From Amoebophrya sp. A120 (lineage: Eukaryota > Protista > Dinoflagellata): a stretch of DNA of 64,000 nt. Position numbers and translations under genes: made by a program. Within the stretch, counting starts at the first letter, position 1, and each line of letters starts with the position of its first letter. The stretch spans positions 6,357,860 to 6,421,859 of the forward strand of contig CAJINV010000001.1 in the NCBI GenBank assembly GCA_905178155.1, read 5' to 3'. The notes below the pieces were generated by a model, which had not been told where the DNA came from, did no database searches, and saw only the letters and a program-made list of their open reading frames with translations. Of this stretch, positions 1 to 11,800 are shown one piece after another.

Positions 1-1958
1 GGACAGTCGCATTTTTCTGGATCTTTGTAGCAGACTGCCTTACCATGCCCAGCGTTCTTGTGAATGAGCGCATTACAGATTCTCGAAAGGGTAAAGGTGC
101 GTACTACGGGGCCCAGGTCTAGTAGAAGCAAGACCAGTAAGTAGCTTTCGACTTTTGCGGGTCTTGTTTCAAAGCCATTCGTAAAGCCTAGCGACAAAGG
201 TGACAGCTTCTAAGAGAGCATTCGACCCCCCTAGGGCTCAAATCAAAAGAAAGAAGTCGCAGAGAAAAAAAAAAAAAGAAAGTGCGAGAGAAGCGACAGA
301 TAAAGAGGGCAGGTCGCACACAAAAAGAAAGAAAGTTTGAAGTGCCCCAAGATACAGAGCGCAAAAAAAAAAAAAGAAAGAGCCAGCGCGACAAAAGAGA
401 AAAAAAAAGAGGACGAAGTAAGAGGCTCACATCGAAAAGAAAGTAAGAACGTCCCACCTAAGGTTGACCGCAGCAAAGTGTGTATAACTCCGTGTTGATC
501 ACTAAGCTCGGTGGCGCTTTTCGTTCTGGCCGGCTTTGCTGCTCTTGCAAAGAAGCTAGCTACCGGGCTTCGCTTGGGGTCTGTTTTTCCTGTTCGACTG
601 ACACATCACCCAGAGGCGGTGGGTGTAGTGTCAGGTTTGTCGGGTGGCTGAGGATCTGACCCAGCGCTTAGGATTGGATCTTCTGGACATTGGGTGTGGA
701 GGTGGTAGCACACAATGGACCCCAATTGAACTTCCCTTCACTGCTAAAATGGGCGGTGTTGCGTCGTTCAAGATGCCTGGCTCTCAATGCAATCCAGTGC
801 AGACAATTTACCTTCAGGAAACTTAGACAGTTCGTTAGCAGTTCCTGGCTCGCCTTGGCAGCTACTACAGTGCCGAAGAAGCTTGCTCCACATTGTTTTT
901 TCCGGTCGTGAACTCAGCTCTACTAGACACTCCACCAATGATGAAGGTTGTGCGAATCGATTGCAAATGATGTGAAGAAATGAAAAACACTGCTGGCATG
1001 CCTCGTGCCCCTGGCGCTCGGTGTTACCGCGCAACTTGCTTGTTTGTTCGCGCGGACCCCAACATTCGTTTTTGTCATGGTGGCAAGAACTCGTGATAAG
1101 AACAGATACAGATCATTATCGTTGCTCAAATTCAACGCCACAGGTTTACCCGGAAGCCGAGAAGATGGGGAAGAAGGGAAGGATGAGGATGGTGGGGAAA
1201 GAGAAGATTATCGAGACGCAAACAGAGGGGAGCTGTAGCTGAGCAGGCTCTTTCCAAAAATCTCATGTCGATCGTCATGTTGTAGCTCTGGATAACGATA
1301 ATTATTTCTGAAAATCGAAATCCGCATGCACCGGTGACCACTCTGCATTTCCGCTGCAACTTCTGCTGCGTGCGACTGCGGTCACCTCGCCCGCCTACAA
1401 TGACGTCGGCGAATATTGAACATCAACATCATGAGATTCAAATTCATGGTGTGCGATATCTGTGGTCGCTGAAGATTGTCCTTCCATGATGTCGACTGCC
1501 AAAAATTCTGTTCCTCGAGATCCACCAACGTCGGTCACACCTCTGAGAGAGCTGCAAAAAAAATATCAACGATCATACATTTTCATATTTTCTGCCGCAA
1601 ATGGAACGTGCAAGTGGATGTTTGGAACAAATCGCAACGAAATAATCGCTCGCCAGAAAATTCCCCCAACTTTCGACACCTCGACGTGCTCCACTTACTT
1701 TTCCGATTTATTCAGGAACAGCTGTTCTACGACTGCTGCACTTACTAGCAAACTGCTTTACAACATCAAAGCGCAATAGAAATAACTGTTTTAGTTACGT
1801 TTACAACGATAGATCAATCCAAAGCATAACTGCTTTACGCTAAGTAAAGTACAACGATATCATTTCTGGCTTTACCTATAAAGGGTAAGGTGAAGGATAA
1901 AATAAAACAAACTATTTAACACGACTCTCACTTATTGATCCACAACAAACGACAAAAA

Positions 1959-4280
1959 ATGGCGGCCGACGCACCCGCAAAGGATGCTAAGGTGTCCCTG
2001 AAGAAGAATGTCAGCCAGGAATCGTACGGAGGACCCGCACGGGCAAAGTCGGCATATATGTACTTGTTGTTGTTTATGTTTTCATTTCCCATTCAAGCAC
2101 GACTTTCAGTAACAAAACGTCCTCTCTTCGTGTACGTGTTCGTCTTGTTTGCCCTTTGTATTAGGTAAAAGTAAAACCAACTCGAACGCTAAATAAAAAA
2201 CGCCCAGGCTCTTCTGCGACGTGCATCGTCCGGAGGTGATTAAGAAAGGGAAGGCCGAGTCTGCGGAATTCAAGCTGGTGGACTCAGCGAAAAAGCTCGG
2301 CGAGCTGTGGAAGGCGGCTTCTGCGGAAGACAAAGCCAAATTTGAAGCCGGTGCCGCGGAACAAAAGAAGTCGTACGACGCGAAAATGGAGGAGTGGCTC
2401 AAGACGAAGGAATACAAGGAATTCCAGAAGGTATCTTCTACCGTACTATGTAGTCTCATGTACTATCTAGTAGTTGTAGTGCATCAGCGTCGAGTTATCA
2501 TTCTGGTGGTATGGTCGTGCACATGGAGGACTTGTTCTTCATTTTCATCGCGTGCGTGTCGTTCTCTTTTCCCTCGGATGTAACGCTGACAATCAACGCT
2601 TTTGTTGTGGATGATGTGGGTCAACTTCAATTTCAGTCACGATCTAATTAGACGTCGGAATTAACAAACTACAAGTACAAGCCCACTGATCTTCACGCCG
2701 CGATGGGCAAGAAGCACTAACAACCTCAAACGTCTTATAAATATCTCCCCAAAACCTCCTCCAGGCCGACGGCGCCCACAAGAAGAAGAAGAAGGGTGCG
2801 GCTGCTAAGAAGGAAGCTCAGGAGGGTGGTATGCCGAAAGCCCCGGCTTCCAGCTACATGCAGTTTTCTGGGTCCATCATACGAGAGGTCATGGAAGAAA
2901 TGACCAAAAACGGGCAAGCCGCAAATGACATGAAAGCCCGGGCGGGGATTATCAAAACGAGGTGGGATGCCTTAGGAGCGGCCGAAAAGGAGGCGCTGGA
3001 GAAGAAATACGTGGCGCAAAAGGAACAGTACGCGAAGGATTTGGCGGCATGGAATGAGACCGAGGCGGGAAAGAAGTACTTACTACTTTAATCTTGGTTG
3101 TGCGATTTCATCTCGCTCTATTATACGGTTCTTTTATTTGTGCTTGTAAGTGGTGGGCGTTGATTTCCTCGCCACAAATATGCTCTACAACTAGATTTAT
3201 TCTCGATTGATGTAATAAAGAAGTAGCCCCCTGAATCATCATGATCTCGATCAATTTTTATTTTCCCAGGTACGCCGCGGCTCAGCTGGAGCTCGACCCG
3301 AAGAAGGCTCTGAAGGCGAGTGGGCAGCCGACCAAACCCGGAAGTCCCTACATGCTGTACTCGGCTGAGGTTACGGCGGCTGTGATCGAAGAGCTGAAGG
3401 GACAGGGAAAGCCGGCCGATCTGAAAACAAGATCAGCAATCATCAAATGTACTTTACTTTCCACGTCCTCTTTCATCTCTTACTCTTTGCAGGAGCAGCT
3501 TCTTTCGGTTTTACTTTTGTTTGCATTTGTTCCCTTTCCAGTTGCATTCACATCATTGACATGGTCGTCGTGTTGATATGATCTGAGAAGGAAAATGATG
3601 CTCGAAATCACAATCAGCCCGGTTCGACGCCCTCTCTGCCGAGGACAAGCAGAAGTACGAGGCGAAGCACAAGGAGCTGTCGGCCAAATATGAAGCGGAC
3701 ATGAAGGAGTTTAAGAAAACGCCCGAGTACAAGAAGTTCAACGCGCTTATCCAGAAGGACAAAAAAAAGCGAGCATCCAGCGGCAAGCCGAAGGCGGAGA
3801 AGGGGACGAAGAAGCGCAAAGTGGAAGGGGGTACTTATTTGGAACTTCTTTCTTGTTTTTTGATGGTCATCTGGATCTGGTGGATTTGCATTTCGTTCGT
3901 TATTTTTGATTCGTTGCCTTTGCCGCGCGAATTGTTTAGCTCTGCTACAGATCATGAGAGCCGTCTTTTAGAAGACTTTTTCAGGATCATAGCGAAGTAG
4001 ATCTAGATTTGTGGATCAAGAGGATTTTTTAGGGCCTTGAACCTTTGACGCCTTGCCCAGGCACGAACAGAAAGAAAGAAAGAAAGATCTAGATTTTGAT
4101 TTCGATACTTTGTCTTTGAAATATTAAAACACATGCATCTATCAAAATCAATTAGGTGAGCCGCAGCCGGAGGAGAGTCCAGCTGACGAAGATGCGGAGG
4201 AGGTTTCGGAGGAGGCCGAAGCCGAAGTCGACGACGAGGAGGAGTCCCCGGAAGAGGAGGAAGAGGCCGCCGAAGAGTAA
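1959..4280 (+). CDS. Triple HMG-box chromatin protein with basic linker and acidic C-terminal tail; exons 1959-2059, 2208-2430, 2765-3075, 3270-3448, 3618-3830, 4156-4280
   Basis: Five GT-AG introns restore one frame. Three HMG-box motifs: PARAKSAYMLFC...KLGELWK...EDKAKF; PKAPASSYMQFS...KTRWDAL..EKEAL; PTKPGSPYMLYS...SRFDALSAEDKQKY. Glu/Asp-rich tail ends at TAA 4278-4280. Confidence 0.92.
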
Positions 4281-4316
4281 ATGTAAATCTGGTGAAGTAC
4301 TAGCAGTATTCGGAAT

Positions 4317-4397
4317 TGTCGTGCAGCCAGCCGAATTCTTGTAACTTTATTTGATGCAGCAGCAAATGATGGATATGGAATGTCGTGCAGCCAGCCG
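4317..4397 (+). repeat. 17-bp direct repeat TGTCGTGCAGCCAGCCG (4317-4333 and 4381-4397) just downstream of the HMG gene stop
   Basis: Two exact copies read directly, starting 64 nt apart. Confidence 0.85.
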
Positions 4398-5862
4398 CAG
4401 CTACATCAGGAAGCGCCGAGGAGGACCAAAATCTTCACCCTTTAGAAATTTGCCCCTTGATTGAAGTCGGAAGGATCCAAGACGGCTGTAGCTCGGGCCG
4501 TGGCGCGCGAGGATTTCATTGCTTATTATTCGACAATGCTAATGAGTCAAACTACACTTTTTGAATCAAGTCCGGTTCTTGAATGACGATGATGTAATTT
4601 CTTGAAACTATGCAAGAGGTGACTCTTCGTTTGTAAAGTCTTTTAGCAGAGAATACAGCAAGCTCCACAAGTTGTAAGAGGGTGCAACAGCGCCGGACGA
4701 CACCAAATCATGCGTTGTGATGGTTATCGAAGTTGAGGTTGACGACAGAATTGATGCTGAGCAACAAATGATTGAAGATATCGCACACACGCAGGAGGCG
4801 AATGTCGTGAAGTTCGCCTTTCCTTGAAAGCAGAACTAATCACGTTGTTGTAGCCGTGTTGCGACTTTTCCAATTTATGAAACCTTCAACATCAACTAAA
4901 GTGTGTATCCATTACTTGACGCCAATTCGCCCATTCACATGATTTCGATTCACAAATGGCCCAGCTGCGCTGGTACTCACCTGTCCTCCTGTAAGTGGAT
5001 GGCAGTCGTGTCGCCCCGGAGTGAAAAACGACCGCATGTGTTCTGCAAGCAGAGACAGAGATATTCTTAAGGAACACGACCCTTCTAATCCGATAAGCAT
5101 AAGCTGGGGCTGCATCTCCTTCATTAGTCAGGCTTATCTGGGCAGCGTTTGTTAGTACCAAAGGAAAAGGAAGCTGATCTTAGTTTGTTATAGAGGACGT
5201 AGGAAAACCAAGACGGTTTTTCAAGATCAAAAAATGGCGTTACTCGTACTTTATTATTTCACTTTTGCTTTCTTTTCCTTTTTTTCTAATATTTCAGCTT
5301 TTTGCATATGCATCCATTCGTTCAGTCGCTCGGCTACAGAGCATGGCCGTCGATAGCGAGATCATACCGTTTTGATCCTAAAGATATGAAAGAAGGTAGC
5401 CCTAGTCTAATCGGGATGTTGCCTGGCAGCGATAACATTAGAAACAGCGCCTTGAGGGCGACCAAAAAGGGACATGAATTTGAGTAAGATCAAGCTGGTG
5501 CGAGTTTGAATTTGATGTTGATCATCATGAACATTTTTCACATTTTTAGTTACCACCAGGCATTTTTTCTTTGAAGCGACGTTTCTTTGTTTTTCCTTGC
5601 ATCTCGTCCCTCACTATATCTATAGAATGCTCATCGTTCCGTGAAAGAATCATGAAGACTGCGTTGATAAAGTGATGAAAGTCGAACAACTCATAGTTCC
5701 AAGAACGAATACAGTAAGAGGTGGACGAGGTGGTGGGGCATTCGTCGAGCGCCTTGTGGTACAGAGGTGCTACGTACGCCAAAGAATATGCAAATGGCGT
5801 GGGTATTAGTAGGCTAAACTGAATTCAATTTCCTCTCCTGCGGCCGGTGATGTGATCGTAAG

Positions 5863-8800
5863 ATGTCGATGCGCGTAATCAGGATGAAAGCGAGTCCAGA
5901 AGTAACCGCTAACCCCCGACCGCGCCGGTGCTGGAGGGAGTTGTTTACGCTAAGCGGCACCAGCCTGGCATCTTCACCGACAGCAGCACCAGAACCAAGT
6001 AGCATCTCGCATAAGCGCCGACACAAGCTTCGTTTTTGGATGTTCGCTGATGCTGTTACAGCCAGGAAATCGAAATGCGCCGGGCGGCGCTTGTTGCGCT
6101 GCGCACATAGGGGAGTGCTGATTTTCTGTGCGCAGCTTTGCCTGGTTTTACTTGGAGTGTCTTGGGCGACGCTGGTCGCCGCAGCTTCATCAGTCTCGGC
6201 TTCATCGAGTTCAGTTGGCGGTGGAGCTTTTTCCACTGAGGAACGTTCTGAACAAGATCATCATATAGCCAAGCCAAGCCATGACCATCAACAGGACGAA
6301 GGTCTTCAAGGTACTCAAATAAAAATGCACATGAAGTCGTCTAGAAATAAGTGGTGGAGTTCCGGCAGCGCGGCCCCTAGTAACAAGTCGAAGTCTACAT
6401 CATCAGCAGAGTATGGGTGGTGCGGACGAACTGAGCGACATGCACATGGGCGAGCATATGGCTTTGATGCCGAGCGGGACCCCAGCAGAAAAGACAGCGC
6501 GCAAAATAAGCATTGTGCCGGCCGTGGTGGAGCTAGCGGGGGACCACGATGGTCTCGGGGGGGTCGACGGGGAGGCGGAAAGCCGAAGTCAGGGACCACT
6601 TCTGAGCAGCACTATTGTCGCGCCGCGGAATCATGGCAGGAGCATGAGCAGACATATGAGGACTCACCGCAGGGAGAAGGCTGCTTTGTTCCATATGTAA
6701 CAAACATGTTCTTTGACTTTGGCCAATGCTGTGTTGCTCCTCCGCTTCAGTTCGGCCCAGTCTGTGGCCTGCAGTGGCTGCCGTCCGCAGAAGTAGCATT
6801 TTTGGGTGCAGCTGCAGCTGCAGGGACGTCAGAAGGTGGAACGGGACCATGTTATCAAGGAAAAATGGTAGGCGACGATATAATGTGTGGATCGCACTCG
6901 CAACAAGCGCAAGCCCAAGGGCGTGATGGCGATGCTTGCCATGTAGAGGGACATCCGGTTGAACAAAAGCAGCCCCGCCAGACCCCACTTCTTACGCCAA
7001 TGGCAATGCAAGGGGAAGCGACGTATCATTGTCCGTATTATAATTTTCCGGTTCCCTGGGGCAACCCTTCGGCATTGGCGCAAATAGAGGCCTACTCGTC
7101 CACCTATCACGGTTCAGCTCCAGCCGCAGCGAGTGCCTATTCGGTCGGCAATGGTGATCAAAACCTTTTTCCGTCTTGCGCAAATAATGTGCAGCCGCTG
7201 TCTTTTGATGCTGCTCCCACGACGAACAACTCGGAGCCGGAGGAATCTCTGGAAGGGCCAATTTTTAGTGCGGTCGCAAATATGCCGATTTTTCGTGTTG
7301 GTGAAGCAGACCATGACCAGAAAGCGAGGGATCATAGAAGCGCGCGCGCGGACTCTAGTACCAGTAAAACGGCGAACCTGCTTTCTCGTTCTACTGGCCG
7401 AGCTCCACCTCTGGCGGATTTGAATCTTCTTGAGCATTGCAGTGACCCTGGCGTGCAACTTGATTTCATACATGCGGACGGCGATAGTCTGATGCTCGAT
7501 GACAATTATGACGAGCACGATCGCATCAACCGGGGCGAGCTGGAGTCATCCGTCGTAAGGTTGCCTTTCTGGTGGGGCCGTCGGGTACAGGATGTCACCG
7601 CGGTTGAGCAGGCCGACAGTGCTCCTGCAGAAGGATCCTTTGTGGCGTCTGAGAGTACTACCAACGGGAACTGCGGAAAACAAGAGGAACTGCCGCTGCT
7701 GGGACAGCGCTTGTGTTTTGCGTCTCAGAAGATGACGAGAGAGAATTGGCTCCTGTTTGCACTCTATCTAGACCTAGACGATGTTGCTCCTGAAAAACAG
7801 AAAAGAGATGCTGATTTTTCTGGTGCGGGTGAGCAGGCGGGCGGGTCCTTGTCCCCAGATGTACCACCCCAAGGCACCGGAATTCTTTCCGTCTTTGATC
7901 CAGGCACCCAACATCTGGCTCCGCTAACCCTCGACTTGAGAACGCCGGACCAAGTGTTGTGTTTTGATCAAGTGCGTCGTGCGCCGTGTCCACCGGCGGA
8001 GCGAGCAGTCCCTAATTCGTCCGAAAGCGGAGGTAGTAATCAACCTTCCCCTGCTGTCGCCGGTTCTGCCAACCCAAAAATCGCAGAAGTTGCTGCAACA
8101 GCGCCGCTTCGCTCCGCTTCAACATCGACGTCGTCAGGCAGTGCGGGTGTGGCGAGCAACACTTGGGAACAGGATGCGGCCCAGGCAACAGGGGCACACA
8201 GTGATAATCCTCCTGGTGTTGATGTTGTGCCTTCCCCCGTGCAGACGGAGGACACAAGCAAGAAGCCTTCGCGTGCGCATAAAATTCTCGCCAGTAGTGA
8301 AGTCGCATCAAACCCGGACGATGATTTTGAGCCGCCCTCTGCTTCCGAGAAGATCGACACAATGCAGGCCTTTTACAAAATGACAACAACTGACGAAGTA
8401 GAAGACCTCGTAATTGCCAGCACCGGCTGCCCTTCAGCATCTCTCGACGGTGTCGAGAACAGCGGTTGTGCAAGCGGTTCTTGTGGATCGGACGGGGCAG
8501 CGCCTGAGGACGGTGTTGAGCAGGACGCAGCAGTGCCAGATGGTGCCGATCAAACCGGTGCGCGTGCACCAGTTGACGAACATCATAGCCCGTTTCTCAG
8601 AAGTGCGAATGAAGGGCACAGGACGTCTGCTGAAATAGTGCATCAGCATCATCGGGGTGATGAAGTCAATGCCACTGATCCTGATCCTCGGAGTGATCCT
8701 AACAGTGATGGTCGGACCTTCGGAAACTATCATCCTGATTCCCCAACTGATGTTTTGACATCATCAGGAGCCGCCTGGGAACCACGAATAGTCGGAGCCG

Positions 8801-11800
8801 TGCGAGTTGACACCACCGGGATGTTGGTAGAGGCGAGCACGGTGGTTGCCCCAGATCTTGGCGCTCATTGGAACGGAACAGAATGTCATCAATCGGATGC
8901 TGCGTTGGCTGTTGTACATGTTTCAGCACGCCCAGAGCAGCAACACGAGACTTCTAGGAAATGTGCTGCAGAGCAGGAGGAGTTGCAGCTCCCATTGCTG
9001 CAGACGAATGCAAACAAGATGCGAGATCCTCGCCGAGAAGTTCGATCGGGGAACTTTTTTCAAAAGAAACCTCGCGCGGTGACAACGGTTGATGCCAAGG
9101 CAGCTGCATTCAATCCTTGGAAGGGTGGCGTGGCTCCACCTGCTTTTCGGGGGTCCTCATCAAGACAGGTAGTTGATGATTTGCAGTCCGACACCAGAAA
9201 ACCATTCGCGCCAGAACATCTGCAGAACACTCCCTCCACGAACTACAGCTTGCACCCCTCGACCTTCAGCTCCGCAGCTGCTTCCACAGTAGATTCGTCT
9301 GAGTTGTCGCCCATAGAAGCCGTCGGGAGCAGCCTCGCCGACCTTCATCTGGATAACTTCGCTCTTCCAGAAGCGGCCCTTACTAGACAAGAATGTTCCG
9401 GACCAGATGGCGAAAAAAACGCTGATAATGGTGTTTCTGAGGGCCCTAATTTCGAGTCCGCTGCAGAGCCATTGAAGCCAGAGTCACAGCTTTCGCTTAC
9501 CACGAAAGGATGTGAAGATAGGTATGGCGTCGATGGTCGTCGACGTGTAGATGAAGGCGTCGCCGGCGGAGAGGAGCTTCCAGTTGGATGCGAATCGCTG
9601 ACGAATACAGAGACCTCCAGTAGTGGACGCGCTTCTAGTCACAATCATTCGGAGGTTGCAGGACTGCAGCAAGTTCGGCCGTTGAAGTCAGCGCTACGGG
9701 GAAAGTCGGGTCGTCAAGTCGAAGTGCCCAGCCGCGCGGATGGTCACGATGTTGATGATCCAGCAAAGTTTAATTCCCGACTGAACAAAATGAAAAAGGC
9801 TCTGTTAATGTCCATCATCCGTCCGTGCTTGCAGCGTTTTCGAGGACTAAATAGGATTCGGCGCTGTTGTGTACGACGCAGAAGGCAGTTTGAAACGATC
9901 GCGCAAGCGCTCTTCGATGAAACGCGCGGCATCACGCGTCCGGGGGACGCGCGTATTGTGTCGCATCCATCTCGTAGTTCTCAGCAAAGTGGCTTGCCGT
10001 CGGTTGCTTCTTCGAAGCAGAAAAAATCAGCGGGAGGAACAGCTGCACCAGTTCATCCGCGTCGAAGTAAATCCTCGTCGGCCGTTTCTGAACACATTAA
10101 GTTCACGACAGCGTGCACCGGCGCCACCACATCGGCTGGGCGGGTGAGGTTTGCGCGCAGGACTCCGGAAGAAGCAGTTGTGGCGCGAACCGTGCGGAAT
10201 TTCAAAAAGCAACACAATATCATCTCATCCGCATTTTACCGTAGGGAAGGGAAAAACAAAAGCCGCGCCAGAAGAGAAGAGCAGCGTGGCGATTGTTTTG
10301 ATTCCGATTTTTCTACGTCCAACTCAGAAGCCGCAGGCTCGGATGAAGGTGACGCGGACGGTGCACCAGATGCTGAAGCGTTTTCAAACGCCTCAATAGG
10401 TCGTAGTTCACGAGGACAGGACCGCGACTTTGAAAGCCCATTGCTGGCCCTGGAGCTTAGCCGCATTGCTAATGAACATCAAAAGCAGACAGAATTGGAT
10501 CAGCAGCGGCGCGCGCGGCGACGGCAGCAGCAGCTTGAGCTTGAAAGGCGGGAGGAGGCGATACGTGAGCAAAGGCGCGCCCTGGAGCAGGAGCAAAAAG
10601 ATGAGGAAGGTGGAAATAAAGCAAAGGTGAATAACTCGTCGGCTTGGGCTTCTAGTACCGTCCCGAGCAGGACGAGAAGGCCAATTGTGGCTTCAACCAC
10701 CCCGTGTCCGCAACAGCAAGTGAAGCTCACGGGCAGGCGAGCTTGGCTGGCACGCTTTCTCAGACCGAGCGCTACCCCTTCCACCGCCGAGTCTGATGTG
10801 CCACGACCTGGTGAAAGAAGCGCGAGGTCGCAAGATGAAAGCCAAGAGTTGAAGTCCAAGGGCTTACTCGTTGCGAGACAATCACCAACTTCGCCGGGTG
10901 CGACGAGGCAAAACGACCCCGGGTCGGGGCCACCGTCGCCGGCTAGTGCTCCCACGAAATCGGGGGGCACCAAGAGCAGCGGCAGTCCGGCTCTTGCTAA
11001 GAAACAGGCAACCACGTCGCCTGGGAGCTGTAGTATGAGCAGCAAAGGAAAGCCAAAGGCCAATGCTGCAGGCGGAAAAACTGCCGACCAAGACCGGCGG
11101 GATCGGAAGCTGGCGCATCAAGCTTGGGAAGAGTCGCGTGGACTGACACCGTTGCAGCAAGAGGACGTGCAGGAGAGACATGCTGCATGGGTAGAGAGGA
11201 CAGCGAAGAAACACGAGACGAAACGCGAGCAAGGCCTCTTCGAGACACAAATTGAAACGTTGAAAGCGCAGGACCGGCACAAAAACGGACTTCGGGAACT
11301 TGCCGAGCATGTGCGCGAAGCCTGCGAGACTACATCAAAGAGAGGGCGGGAGGACCAGAGAGCAAACCTTGAGAAGGAGGACAAGAGTTCTGATGAAGTG
11401 GGGGACAAGTTCATGTCAATAGAGAAGGAACGCTCATCAGCGGCAGCAAGGGCAGCCGCGACGAAAAACGAAGGCAAAAAGGACCAAGCGTCCCCGTCGG
11501 GTCCTGACGCGGCAGCTACCACAGCGCCGAAAAAACAAGCGAGCGCTAAACCAAAAGCGAAGGCGCGAAGGTGGTTGCCGCTAGAGTGCGTTATGAAGGC
11601 AGAAGCCGAAGCGGCCGCAGAACCGCACCTGCTGGTTGCGGAGCAAGACGTGTTTCCTCCCGATGAGCCCAATCAGCAACTTCCTGCGAGGAAGGCGAGG
11701 CTCCACCCGAGGAGCTCGCATAATTCTCCATCCTGTTCCTGGTGGTCTTCGCGGGCGGCGACTCACTCAGCAGTGCAGCCATCAGATGAAAACGCAGATG

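Noticed and set aside
188-476. Phe-rich minus-strand ORFs as membrane peptides
   Set aside because: Artefact of the poly(A) runs on the plus strand.
4317-4397. Direct repeat pair as a CRISPR-like array
   Set aside because: Only two 17-bp copies, eukaryotic 3' UTR context, no cas genes.
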